64,000 nt of DNA from Eledone cirrhosa. Lineage: Eukaryota. Made by a program: the position numbers and the translations under genes. Positions 13,552 through 27,425 of this stretch are shown here, one piece after another. The stretch is from the NCBI GenBank assembly GCA_964016885.1, contig OZ024761.1:29884001-29948000 (forward strand), written 5' to 3'. Within the stretch, counting starts at the first letter, position 1; the number at the start of each line of letters is the position of its first letter. The notes under the pieces were generated by a model. It did not search any database. It was not told the origin of the DNA and saw only the letters and a list, made by a program, of their open reading frames with translations.

Positions 13552-14162
13552 CAACCATGGCTAAGCTGTACACTATGACTGACCAGTTATAACTACATTG
13601 TGCACTATGACTCACCAGTTATAACTACACTGTACACTATGACTGACCAGTTATAACTACACTGTACTCTGACTGACCAGTCATGACTACACTGTATACT
13701 ATGACTGACCAGTTATAACTACACTGTACTCTATGACTGACCAGTCATGGCTACACTATACTCTGACTGACCAGTTATAACTACACTGTACACTATGACT
13801 GACCAATTACAACTACACTGTACTCTGACTGACCAGTCATGACTACACTGTATACTATGACTGACCAGTTATAACTACACTGTACTCTATGACTGACCAG
13901 TCATGGCTACACTATACTCTGACTGACCAGTTATAACTACACTGTACACTATGACTGACCAATTACAACTACACTGTACACTGACTGACCAGTTATAACT
14001 ACACTGTACACTATGACTGACCAATTATAACTACACTGTACTCTATGACTGACCAATTACAACTACACTGTACACTGACTGACCAGTTATAACTACACTG
14101 TACTCTATGACTGACCAGTCATGGCTACACTGTACTCTATGACTGACCAGTTATGGCTACAC
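13552..14162. repeat. About 31-bp minisatellite (GACTGACCAGTTATAACTACACTGTACACTAT)n
   Basis: About 20 tandem units. Confidence 0.95.
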
Positions 14163-14702
14163 ACCGATCATTGCCCTCCTCCTCACCACTTTGTATCTTT
14201 ATTAATCAACTGCCCGTATCCCTATACTCCAACTAACTCCTGTTCCTTTAAGGGGACACAAAAAGGGGACCCAATATTGCATGACTATATGTATTTATCA
14301 CAAATGTAATTTATAAAATAAAATATATTCCTTTTTTTTTATGTTGTTGTTTGTTTCTTTCTTTATATTGCACCCCTCCCATCTGAAGACATGTGACTCA
14401 TTGGTTAATTGTTTGATTCCAGATTGTAAGGACATCAGTTCGATTCCCTGCAGCATGTGTGCTTGAGCAAGACACTTTATTGTTATTTAGGGTGTTGGAA
14501 ACCATACTACGCAGCATAGAATTATAGCCATTTACATTCTGATTTCACATCCTGCCAGGGTTAACTTAGCGATCCTTACGGGGGGTCAATAAAATAAAGT
14601 ACCAGTAATGCACTGGGGTCGATTTAATTGACTTTCCCCTCCCGAAATTGCTAGCCTAAAGTAGAAATTGTTATATATACAAATTTAAATGCTATACAAA
14701 AA

Positions 14703-15509
14703 AGTATCTTTCATATCTTACTCCCTCCACAACACTGATATCAAGAAGTCCTCTTGTGAATGTGACCTGAGCATTACTGTCAGCAGCAATTTGTGTTGGA
14801 CAAAGCATGTCTCTAAGATTGTCAAGAAGGCCGAGGGTGTCTTGGCATCACACAGCAAGACCTTTGTTAGCCGCTCTCCAGCCATCTATTTAAAGCTGCT
14901 ATATACAGCTATGGTACGACCACACTTGGAATTCGCATCATCAGTCTGGAGCCCCTATCTTGCTCAGAACATTGACCTCCTGGAAACTGTTCAGAGACGT
15001 GCAACCAAGCGCATACCCTCCATCAGACACCTACCATACTCTGAACGCCTTGCTTCCCTGGGCATGGATTCATTGAAGCTCCGACGTCTGGCAATGGACT
15101 TGGTAAAAACCCACAAAGTTATTAACCATCTCGCCAACAACAACCCTGAGCACCTCTTTGATCTCCATGTGTCTAACACACATGGACATGCCTACAAAAT
15201 CAGAAAACAGCACAGCTCCCATGACTTTCGGAAACATTTTTTCACGCTCAGAGTTGCTGAAGCATGGAACAAACTGCCTGCGTCAGTTGTTAGTGGCCGA
15301 GACACTGCATCCTAATAAAACCCTCATTCTTCCCGAAATTCGCCAAAACTACACCTGATGTCCCCCTTCCATACACATGCACACGTGTATATCATGACTC
15401 ATGCACTGTTCATTTTCCTGACGTTTGTACATTACCCTATGTACTATACATACACTTTTTGAAGAGTTGTAGTGCACCTGAGCATTACACAATATTTCAT
15501 TATTATTAT
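14703..15509 (+). mobile_element. 5'-truncated CR1/L2-group LINE (RT C-terminus and 3'UTR)
   Basis: LYTAMVRPHLEFASSVWSPY...LETVQRRATKRIP...YSERL...FFTLRVAEAWNKLP; (TTA)n tail. Confidence 0.85.
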
Positions 15510-16263
15510 GAGAAACAACTAGTATCATGTATATATATATATATATAATGAAAAATAATAAATGTACTCACTCAGAAAGAATCGAGCCAAGATTGCCTAA
15601 AGTTCACTTATATAGCAGGTCCATGATAAATTCCTGACTGTATAGATTTCACCTAATTTTAGTGTGTGTGCGTATATACATATATAATACATATATCATC
15701 AGTAAAAAAAAATACTGATGATGATGATCGTGAGAGTGTGTATGTATCTGTGTGCAAACATATATCTATGTACTCTCAAATACATATAAATATGCATACA
15801 TATCATCATCATCATTTCATTTTACATCCGCTTTTTCCCTGCTTGCAAGGGTAGGACGGGAACTGATTCTGGCTTATATATATAAATAGACAGAGTCGTT
15901 AAGACGTCAGATAGAATGCTTTAAGGTATTCGTCCCACTTCATTGTGTGCTCTCAGTTCAAATCGTGCCATGGTCAACTTTGCCTTTCATCCTTTCGAGG
16001 TTGATAAGAAAAAGTACCAGTCTAGTACTGGGATTGATTCTTCCTCTATAGAAAACATTGGCTATGTTCAGACCTGGAGAGGGTTAAGCTCTGCCAGGTT
16101 TAAAAGTCTCCTAAACATGCCGTATGACTGTGCCTCTATGACCCTGATGAGTTATGAGATCTTTATCCTTGTCAACAGGAATGGGCCTGTTATTTTTATC
16201 TAAAGATATTTTTTTCCAATTCCAACCTGCCTGTCCCGTCAATCTATCTTATTTTTCATTCTT

Positions 16264-16299
16264 TATTCTGATGAAGGTCTAGCATCCGAAACGTCAAGA
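16264..16299 (+). ncRNA. Minimal hammerhead-like motif (third family)
   Basis: CTGATGA-A-GG tctagcat CC-GAAAC-GTC; related minus-strand copies at about 57525-57560 and 58236-58268 (the latter has CCGATGA). Confidence 0.5.
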
Positions 16300-17375
16300 C
16301 CCTCTTCCTGCTGTTTCAAGCGTTAACCTAATATATTCCTTCCATATACTGTACCGATTGTGTTGTTATTTCTGTTTACCTTTTACATACATATCATTTC
16401 ATTTCATTTTATGTCCACTTTTTCCCTGCTTGCAAGGGTGGGATGGGAACTGATTCTGGCTTGATTTCTACAGCTGGATGCCCTTCCTAACACCAACCTC
16501 ATTTTACAGTGAGTGCTGGGTGCTTTTTTGCCGTGGCACCTCCACGACCACTTTACAGTGGAATGATATGGACCCAGTCCCTATCATCTCATTTCTACAG
16601 CTGAGTAAACTGGAGCAATGTGAAATAAAGTGTCTTGCTCAAGGAAACAACACATCACCTGGTCTGAGAATTGAACTCACAACCTTTCGATTGCAAGGCC
16701 AATGCTCTAACCACTAAGCCATGTGCCTCCATATATATATTTTTTTTTTTTTTTTTCAAAATTATATAAAAGTTAAGGATATAAAATTATTTATTCTTAT
16801 ATTTCTACACAGGTTTCAATACAGCTAAAATATCACATCCATTTAAATTGTTGATAACATAATTGTTTCGTTTACTAAGTGAAGGTGCATGTCTAAGTGG
16901 TTAGAGCATTGGGCTTGCAAGCGAAAGGTTGTGAGTTCGATTCTCAAACTGGGTAATGTGTTGGAGCAAGAAACTTTATCTCAGTTTACTCAGCTGTAGA
17001 AATGAGTTGCGATCCTGCCAAATCAATGGGTGGCAGTAGTTCCAGCTGCACGCATCGAAAGACTGGTGTTGCAGATGATCAATGCAAATTGACAATAGAA
17101 AGGCACTCCCGCTCGAGTTAGAAGAGAACTTTTGACCGTCAGGAGAAGCAGCGAACCCTGATTGTATTCAGCAACTGAAACAAATATGAATTACACCAAA
17201 TCCATTGCTCCTAGGGGCGGCCCTGGTTCTTCTTATTTGTGAGTGTAAACTCGGCCAAATTAGATAAGATTAGATTATACTCCAGAGAAACTGAGGACAA
17301 TAATATGCATTGAGCTTCTCTCATCTTAATAAAAAAAATAGTGAAGTACTAAAGTACTACACTATAATCACATAT

Positions 17376-17411
<36 letters not shown>

Positions 17412-18655
17412 CACACTTTATAAATAACAATCAAAGAGTGTTCAGAACATTTAATCACTTACGATAGTTTCATCCTAGCGCAAGGCCGAAATCATCAGAG
17501 TATAAAATGAAGGTTGAAACACAAATATATCAGAAGTTTGTCATAAGAACTTTAAGAAGATAGATAATAAGGGAAGTAAGCATAAGTATCAACATTTATA
17601 TAAGAAAAGATAACACACACACATATATATATATATATATATCATCATCATCATCACCGTTTTACGTCCGTTCTTCCATCCTAGCATAGGTTATATATGT
17701 TAGGTACTTCCGTAGAAATGGTAAAGGAAAAAAGAGTGCTCTATGTATTGTACAGAGCTATTTAATTATTTTGTCTGACGAATGAACTGGATGTTCCTTG
17801 CAAGAATCATCTGGTTTCTTGAAACCTTTGGTAATGAAATATTTATTTATATATATATATGATAGGTTGGAAGAAGTTTAGCTTCTCCCACTGTTGACAG
17901 CAAAAAGTTTATTCCTATGTGTGAAGTAGTGAAACATGGACCGTGACTGCTAAGGACATGCATAGACTGCAGAGAAATGAAATCACCGTACTACTCTTTC
18001 TTTACGTTTGCTGCCTGCGTGAATGTATGTGTGTGTAAAAGGAAGGTGGTGAAATAAGAAAAAAAAAAAAAAAAAAAAAAAAACTACTGCAAAATAGCAG
18101 CTGGCGTTTCATTTGTTACGCTATGTATGTGTTTGTGTGCCTGTGTTTGCACGTTTATTTTATATAATCATACATATAAATGTATCTCAGCCGGATGGCT
18201 GGAACAGGTAAAAGAGTAAACGGATACATATACGCGTCACTGTGTTGAAAAAGATCCTAGTTTTATAAACGAATATGTGTACATACATTACTACTACTAC
18301 TACTACAAATGAACGAATCAACCAGACAACAAACTCAACAAAAACATATATTAACCGTTGCTAAATATGTTTACTACTTGCTTGTGTCCTGTAACCTGTC
18401 GGTTCAATAGGAAAAAAGAAGATCGATAAAATTAGTACCAAGCTTGAAGGGTTAAATCTGTAGTGGGATAGATATAATCGACTAAAAAAAAAATCTCTTT
18501 AAAGTGGTGCCCCAGCATGGCCGCAGTTCACTAACTGAAAACACGAAAAGAATATGCGATATATATTTGCACACGCACACACGTTATAGAAGGTCTAAGG
18601 GAGGTAATTTTCAGATATCTAATAAGCTAGTGTTACTTTCCTTGATTTTTTAAAA

Positions 18656-18821
18656 ATGTCCGCCGGTCTGAGTGTTCGTCATGTTTGGCGAGGATTAATT
18701 TTAGCAAACTGTCGGAACTTGACGACCTTACAGCATAGAAACTTATCTGAGGAACGTAATCCTCAACAAGAAACACATTTCGGTTTCCAGACTATCCCAG
18801 AAAGTGAAAAAGAGAGTAAAG
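18656..18821 (+). CDS. COQ5: COQ5 ubiquinone-biosynthesis C-methyltransferase, exon 1 of 7
   Basis: Mitochondrial-presequence-like N-terminus followed by conserved ETHFGFQT; donor AAG|GTATTT, phase 1. Confidence 0.93.
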
Positions 18822-19046
18822 GTATTTGTTTGAAGTATATCGTTCTTTCTTCATTTAATAATCTTTATCTACGTACATATGTAAATAAACAAATACATAT
18901 GTGCACCGAAATCCCAAGTACCTTCAGAGGTTGACTTGTGAGAAGGGACTGTCCTGAGTTTCGTCCGTTTTTCCGTAGTCTTCGCCCTCTTGTTAAAATT
19001 AATTTCATAAGATCTTAGCCACTCGGAACATTCTTATAGATATATA

Positions 19047-19215
19047 CAGGGCCTCTAAGAGAAATTTTGCAAGACGGTACAAGAGCCCTTTAGGGTCCGA
19101 AGCGAAGCAGGCAAAGATTTTTCTTAGAAGGGATGTTGCATAGTTGCTGTGGGGCCTTCTTAGATCTTGGGCTCCGGAATAACGTACCGGCAGGACGCCC
19201 GTCTCATGGACCCTG
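19047..19215. mobile_element. Possible hAT-like MITE
   Basis: CAGGGCCTCTAAGAGA...TCTCATGGACCCTG imperfect TIRs; no clear target duplication. Confidence 0.35.
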
Positions 19216-19820
19216 TTTTTATATATATATATATAAAAGAAAATGATGATGTTTCGTTTACATGTATTTAGATGTTTAATATGTATTGACCTGCCGGTAC
19301 GTTATTCCGCGCGTTTCGCAGAGGATTGTCTCAAGGTCACCTAGACTGGTGAATCACTAGTCTGAGGAGCTGATCGTTACTGGAGTCGGGTAGGGTCCAT
19401 AATTTCTATGCATGACCTTGAGCTAATCCTCTGTGAAGATCGCATAACAGGTTGATACACAATAAAAATCTAAATCATGTAAACGAAACTTCATCGTTTT
19501 TCTTTATATATACACTCTGCCTATGCATCGAGGGCTCATATTGGTCCCATCACCAGATATTCACTGAATCACATGCTATATATATATATATATATATCAT
19601 CATCATTGTTTAACGTCTATCTTCCACGCTAGCATGGGTTTAGACTGGAATTGTCCCACTTGAGGCAAGGTTGGTTGTCTTGCTCGTATAGGACTGTCTG
19701 GCAGGTTTTCTACGTCTGGATGCCCTTCCTAACACCAACCACGTTTACAGTGTGTGTATATATATATATACACACATATATATCATCATTGTTGATATGT
19801 TTTGATTCCTCACATTTGTT

Positions 19821-19856
<36 letters not shown>

Positions 19857-19858
<2 letters not shown>

Positions 19859-20049
19859 GGAAAAGAGTCAGAACCCCGACGGCAGAGCTCAAGCCATTTC
19901 GACAACTATTTCTGGACTCAGAAATAACTGTTGAAACGGCTTGAGCTCTGCCGTCGGGGTTCTGACTCTTTTCCTATTACCCACCGGTAATTACACGAGT
20001 ACTCTGGTCTGTTATGGTCCACCTGGTTCCTTACCACACTTCCTTCGTT
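19857..20049. mobile_element. Hairpin element with about 55-bp arms plus tail, in (TA)n
   Basis: AAAAGAGTCAGAACCCCGACGGCAGAGCTCAAGCC...GGCTTGAGCTCTGCCGTCGGGGTTCTGACTCTTTT; a homologous copy in opposite orientation at about 45325-45520. Confidence 0.7.
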
Positions 20050-20139
20050 ATATATATATAGTGTATGTGATATATATAAACAAATGTGAGGAATCAAAAC
20101 ATATCAACAATGATGATATATATATATATATATATATGT

Positions 20140-20607
20140 AAAGTTATATTTAAAATTGTTGGGTTACAACTAGTAAATATTTATAACTGATATAAAAGCA
20201 CTCGACAAATACTTGGAGTATATTTACAATATTAAATAAATGGAAAACTATATTTATAAAACCATATTTATTTCATTATATATATTTCGGGGATATCATA
20301 TTAACAATATGCTATGCCTTCATCAGACAAAATACAATATAAACAGTTTTATAGATAAATATATTCGACATACCGTAATAAACATCAACTTCATTTGAAG
20401 AGGTTCACTCTAGCAGTGCTAGAGTGAACCTCTTCAAATGAAGTTGATGTTTATTACGGTATGTCGAATATATTTATCTATAAAACTGTTTATATTGTAT
20501 TTTGTCTGATGAAGGCATAGCATATTGTTAATATGATATCCCCGAAATATATATAATGAAATAAATATGGTTTTATAAATATAGTTTTCCATTTATTTAA
20601 TATTGTA
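20140..20607. mobile_element. Fold-back element with two hammerhead-like cores (probable Penelope-like pseudo-LTR derivative), copy 1, in COQ5 intron 1
   Basis: Perfect palindrome 20225-20607 (191-bp arms, 1-nt centre at 20416) plus an unpaired tail 20140-20224; flanked by (TA)n; CTGATGA at 20506 and GAAA at 20544, mirrored on the minus strand. Confidence 0.8.
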
Positions 20608-20682
20608 TATATATATATATATATATGCATGTGAATGGCTTTATAGTTAAGATGTTCAGCTCATGGCAGTGATTTCAAATCA

Positions 20683-21033
<351 letters not shown>

Positions 21034-22018
21034 TGATACTTTAAAATATTTAACAGGATTTGTTGGGGTGTGGGGATGGAAGATTATTTGTTGTTTTTCT
21101 TTTTAATGTATACCTGCACTTTTATCCTTTTTTTTTTTTTTCTTCTTTTTGAAAATATAAACACTTTTGTTCTATTGCTTGTCATCTGATAATTGACTTG
21201 ATCTGAGACTGTGTGTTTAAACTAAAACAGTATTACTGACTGGCTAAAATTCTTCTTCTACAATATAATAGTGACTGAGTGGTTAGAGAATAGGATTCAC
21301 AATTGTGAGGTTGTGATTTCGATTCCTGACCAGGATTTGCGTTATGTCCTTGAGCAAGATGCTTTATTTCACGTTGCTCCTTCTGCCTGGACTTGCAACT
21401 GACAGATGGTATTAGCAATTGGAAAGACCAACGGAAACATTGTTTCCTCGGTCAGATTTGACGAGTTCCACCCCACTCGTTAAGTGAATGAGGTTTGGGA
21501 TTTTGTCAACCGACTGTCGATATATATATATATATATATATTCTTCGCCCACTTAATCATGGGAGTAATGTAAATGCTAATATTATGTAAGAACCTTTTT
21601 TAAGTTATGCCCCAATCCCCAACTTAACCCTTTAACATTTACATTATTCTCTATATACTATTGTATTTTCACGGTAAAGGCTTTATCTTACGTAATTATC
21701 TCACATAATATCAAATCTACAAGATTTTGATGTTATTGGTTTGAACAGAAAGAGGGGAAAGAATTCTGGCCGGGTATGGCCATTTAAATGCTAAAGGGAG
21801 TACAAGACTCTCCCCCGGACAAGAAGACAGTCCATCACAGAGTTAACTCCCAGTTGCCGTCACTGGTATTCATTTCCAGTTGAGTAAACTGGAGCGACAT
21901 GGTATAAAGTATTTAGCTCTAGAATACATTACACAACTCATTCCAGAACTTGAACCCACACTATTACAATCTTAAGTTCAACATTGTAACCGCTACATGA
22001 TTTTCCTTCTACTTTCAG

Positions 22019-22252
22019 GAGATATTGCGTTCAGATTTCTGAATTACATCCAGCACTTGGAAGCAGATCTGTCTAACGATATTGAAAAATTTGGCCCATT
22101 AATGAACGATGAGTTTGTCCCTGTCAGCGACCAACCTGAGGCTGTGGAAGACATTAACCAGGATTGCTCAGCTCACGTAACTGTGTGTGATATCAACCAA
22201 TCTATGTTAAATGTTGGTCAAAAACGGAGTAAACTGGCTGGATATAACACAG
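22019..22252 (+). CDS. COQ5: COQ5 exon 3
   Basis: GDIAFRFL...VTVCDINQSML; 234 nt, phase 1-1. Confidence 0.95.
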
Positions 22253-23028
22253 GTTTCTCTCTCTCTCTTTCTCTCTAATAAATGCATACATTTGTGTGTG
22301 TGTGTGTGCATGAATGTGTATATATATATATGTGCGTGTGTGAGTATGTATTTGTATGTGTTTGTGTGTGTTTATGTATATATATATATATATATGCATG
22401 TATATGTATAAATATATGCATGTATATATATATATATATGCATGTATGTATATTTATATGCATGTATATATATATATATATGCATGTATATATATATATA
22501 TGCATATATAATGTGGTTGGTGTTAGGAAGGGCATTCAGCTGCAAAAAACCTGCCAGAGACACTTCCGTATGAGTGAGACACAGTCTCCCGACCATTCCC
22601 GCATCAAATGGAATAAAACCGTCTAACCCATGCTAGTGTGGAAGATAGACATAAAACGATGGCGATGATGATGTGCAAGTATATTTATATATATATATGC
22701 ATGTATATGTATATAAATATGCATGTATATGTATATATATGCATGTGTGTGAGTGTATATATGTGTTTTTTATTTATGCATGTGTTTGTGTGTGTATGTA
22801 TATATTTGGGTGTATGTGTATTTGTGAGTATCTGTTTGTGTGAGCAATATTAATCTTAGTTGGTTTTGAAATCAGAACTTAAAGATCTGCCAATCCTCTG
22901 GCTTAACCTTTTAAAACCAAATTATCTGAAACTGCCCCAGATTCCACAATACAAAATTATTTCTTTTAAAGTTTTTTATATGTTTTCATCAAATTTTTTA
23001 CCTTTTTCCTATTTTTCCCCTTGTGTAG

Positions 23029-23138
23029 AATCAATCAGATGGGTGCAAGGAAATGCAGAATGCTTACCCTTGGAGGACAACCAGTTTGATGCCTATACGA
23101 TAGCTTTTGGTATCCGTAATGTGACCCATATAGAAAAG
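23029..23138 (+). CDS. COQ5: COQ5 exon 4
   Basis: [33 protein letters not shown]; donor AAG|GTATGT. Confidence 0.96.
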
Positions 23139-23844
23139 GTATGTGCCCAAAGAACTTTCTATATATATATATGTATAGTTCAATCCATGTCAGCATGGAA
23201 GAAGAGACATTAAATGATGATGTATGTGTATATATATATATAGTAATAATAATATTAATAATAATAAATTTGAAGACTAAAATCCAAAGAGGGCTCGATA
23301 AGGATAAATATATATCACATATATAAGAACCGTTTCAGAAGATCCCGTTAAGGGTGAAAGCAGCGATTCTTTGCTTAAACTTTAATCTGTTATTTTAATA
23401 AATATATATATATATATATGGGCCTGGATCTTGCTTACATGTAGTCCTGTGCTCTGTAAAAATGCATTTTATTGTGCCAATTTGCAGCCTTATACATACA
23501 TATATAGTGAAAAGTGTGGCCTAGAGCGTTGGGCTTAAGGTCGTGAGTTTGATTTCTGGACCAAGTGGTGCATTCTGTCCTTGAACAAGTCACTTTATTA
23601 CGACATCACTGGTGCCAAGCTCTATCAGCCTTTATCTTTCCCTTGGACAACTTCGGTGGCGTGGAGAGAAGAGACTGATAAACATGGGCGACTGTTGGTC
23701 TTCTAAAACACCTTACCTGGGCATGTGCTTCTAAAGTGAACTTTCTAGGTGCAAATGCCACGGTCATTTGTGACCAAAGGGGGTCTTTACCCTTTTACAT
23801 GCATACATACATTATTTATGATTTTGTATAAATTCTAATTTTAG

Positions 23845-23933
23845 GCTCTTGAAGAAGCTTACAGGGTCCTACGTCCAGGAGGAAGGTTCCTTTGTCTGGA
23901 GTTCAGCCAAGTACCAAATTTTGCAATACGCAA
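23845..23933 (+). CDS. COQ5: COQ5 exon 5
   Basis: [21 protein letters not shown]; donor AA|GTGAGT. Confidence 0.96.
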
Positions 23934-24371
23934 GTGAGTTCCTCATATTTTAATTCCTTTGATACCAATCTACAAACGACCACCACCACTGGTTCTATAA
24001 CATCAACCCATCCAGAACTAATTGCTATGTATATGCATGTATATGCATATATATATGCATGTATATGCACATATATATATATATATATGCATGTATATTC
24101 ATATATATATATATATGCATGTATATATATATATATATGCATGTATATATATGCATGTATATATATATATATGCATGTATATATATATATGTGCATGTAT
24201 ATATATATATGTGCATGTATATATATATATATGCATATATATATATATATATATATATGCATGTATATATATATGTGTATGTATATGCATATATACATAT
24301 ATATATGTATATGCATATATATATATGTATATGCATGTATATGTATGCCTGTATTTGAATATATATGCAGA

Positions 24372-24404
<33 letters not shown>

Positions 24405-24465
24405 TTTATAAAATTAGTCCCTCATCAGTGATTTGCCAACCATCATTGGTATTTCATCGCATTAA

Positions 24466-24711
<246 letters not shown>

Positions 24712-25924
24712 TAAACTGCTCTTCTTGCAGGAGTGGTGGTCATGGCATGCCATTCACAAGCTGTTCTACAGAGTAGAATAAGATGAGTTGCCTTGTGAGT
24801 TAGTTTTTTGGTATTAGGTGGCGAATTGGCAGTCATTAAGACGTCAGATAGAATGCTTTACAATGTTTGTCCCACCTCACTGCACACTCTGAGTTCAAAT
24901 CCCGCCGGGGTCAACTTTGCCTTTCATCCTTTTGAGGTCAATAAAAAAAGTACCTGTCCAGTACTGGGGTTGATTCTTCCTCTATAGAAAAAATTGGCTG
25001 TGTTGGAGAGGGTTGGGCTCCGCCAGATTTAAAAGTCCCCTAGACACTGCCTCTACAAGTCCACGAGGAGTTATGGGATCTTTATCCTTATCTTTGTGGT
25101 ATTTCTTCTGTCGGTCTCTCTGCATTCTGAGTTCAAATCCCACCCCTTCCCGAGGTTAACTTTGCCTTACACACACACATACATTCATATATATACAAAG
25201 CTACACATTCATATCCATACATACATTCACCTTATTTTGAATGTATGTCACTCAGTCACCCCCATACAATCACCCACACATACACATAATTTCTCTTTTC
25301 TACACCCACCCACACAAAAGTATATGCACAAACATATATATATATACACACATGTTTGTGTGTATTTATGTAATGAATGTATATATATATATATGATGAT
25401 GATTATATATATGTATGTGTGTATATATATATAATTGTTTCTATTTTTGGCACAAGGCCAGCAATTATCCCAGTGCATTACTGGTATTTTATTTTATCGA
25501 CTCCGTAGAATGGCAAGGGCCGTAACTCTATGCATCAAAGCATGGCGTCCAACCCTCTACCGATACTGCTAATTCACCGCCCTTAATACATATTTGTTTG
25601 TGTGTCTATATATATATATATATATAATACATACACACACAAACAAACGTGTTTTTATATACATATAAATGTGTGTCTGTGTGTACTATTTAGAAACTGG
25701 ATTGACTAGAAACTGGTGTTTCTCAGGATATGGTGACCTTAGTAAAAGGTCGCTATATCTGTCTGTGTATCTGTCGACCTGTCTGCGTGTTTGTCTCTAT
25801 GTCTGTCTATCTGTCGTTACGTTTGTCTGTTTCATTACATAGAAGTTTTGTTTCGTTGTCTGGGTCATCTGTCTGTCATTAAATGCATATATGTGTATGG
25901 GTGCATGTGTGTGTGTGAGTGCAT

Positions 25925-26445
25925 CCAACCCACTCTGTAAGGTGGTAGTGCTGGTGCCTTGATAAAATGTACCTAGCACACCATGTAAAGTGGTAGGTCT
26001 GGTGCCATGATAAAATGTACCCAGTACAACCTGTACGGTGTTAGGGCTGGTGCCATGATAAAATGTACCCAGTACATCCTGTACGGTTGTAGTGCTGGTA
26101 CTATGATAAAATGTACCTAGCACACCCTGTAAAGTGGTAGGTCTGGTGCCATGATAAAATGTACCCAGTACAACCTGTACGGTGTTAGGGCTGGTGCCAT
26201 GATAAAATGTACCCAGTACATCCTGTACGGTTGTAGTGCTGGTACTATGATAAAATGTACCTAGCACACCCTGTAAAGTGGTAGGACTGGTGCCATGATA
26301 CAATGTATCCAGTATGCCCTGTAAAGTGGTAGTGCTGGTGCCATGATAAAAGGCACCCAGTACACCCTGTAAAGTGGTAGTGCTGGTGCCATAATAAAAG
26401 ACACCTAGTCTACCCTGTAAAGTGGCAGGGCTGGTGCCACACAAA
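25925..26445. repeat. About 42-bp minisatellite related to the SINE family A body, in COQ5 intron 6
   Basis: (CTGTAAAGTGGTAGTGCTGGTGCCATGATAAAATGTACCCAGTACACC)-like units, similar to SINE GGTGCCACGGCAAAAAAGCACCCAGCACTCACTGTAAA. Confidence 0.85.
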
Positions 26446-26809
26446 AGACGATCCAATCTACCCTCTCAGGTGGTAGTGGTAGTATCATGAGTAAAGGAGC
26501 TTGTTCCAAAATGGAATCATGAAAAGGACTGGTGTCCTATCCAGGAGGAAGTATTGTTCTCTGTCACGTAACACCAATGAACTTCCAGGCTTGGCACAGA
26601 CTTTTACTTTTTCAACTTTATCATCATCATCATCATCATTCATCCTTAAATGCTCTTACTTATTCTCTATCTTCTCTGTCACTCTTCATCTCACTTATTC
26701 TCTCTGTCTCACCCTTCTCTCATATTCTCTTTCTCTTATTCCCTCCCTTTCTCTCACTCTCTCTCTCATCCCCTCTCCTTCACTTAATCTCTCTCTCTCT
26801 CTGTTCCAG

Positions 26810-26911
26810 GAACAATTTGCCTCATTAATCAATGCTGCTGGATTTCGAATGGTAACCTATGAAAACTTGACCTTTGGTGTAACAGCAATACATTCTGGCT
26901 TCAAACTTTGA
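26810..26911 (+). CDS. COQ5: COQ5 exon 7 (terminal)
   Basis: EQFASLINAAGFRMVTYENLTFGVTAIHSGFKL-stop. Total CDS 963 nt, 320 aa. Confidence 0.96.
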   Translation, partial: EQFASLINAAGFRMVTYENLTFGVTAIHSGFKL

Positions 26912-27271
26912 AACAAAAACAAACTGCTTCGTTGAGTTCCACTGGTGTTTTGTAGTCATCTTGTCCCTATATGTAGGTATATAGATTTTACTTTGTCTCA
27001 CATTCCACTGAGTGCACAGGAGTGGTTGTTATGTCTTTTACACAACTGAGAGTCTTCCCAGTTGTGTCAAAGACATGACAACTCCTCCTGTGCACTCGGT
27101 GGAATGTGAGATCATATATAAATGAGACACTGATCCCTGGCCTGTCTGGGAAAATCTTGCATGCATTAATTTCAACTCTTCTTAATAACTGCATTGTTTC
27201 TTTCCAGGTTAACTGACATCTGACTGTTCAAAGAAGGCTTCAAAAGTAACTGATAGTAAATTCTCTTGAAA

Positions 27272-27425
27272 ATGGACAAAATTTGGCATCGTGGTGTTAT
27301 CAACTATTTGCAGAAAAAGGGTTTAACTCCCAAGGACATTCATGCTGACATGGTTATTTAATTAGGGAATGATGCTTCAGCTTTATCAACTGTGCAAAAG
27401 TGGGCAGCTGAATCTAAGAGGGAGA
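27272..27425 (+). mobile_element. Mariner transposase 5' fragment (degenerate) just downstream of COQ5
   Basis: Translates MDKIWHRGVINYLQKKGLTPKDIHADMVI*LGNDASALSTVQKWAAESKRG, a mariner N-terminal HTH region with an in-frame stop. Confidence 0.75.

Noticed and set aside
25797-26456. 219-aa repetitive ORF (GTFYHGTSTTTLQ repeats)
   Set aside because: Antisense reading of a SINE-related minisatellite inside COQ5 intron 6; no credible start or splice context.
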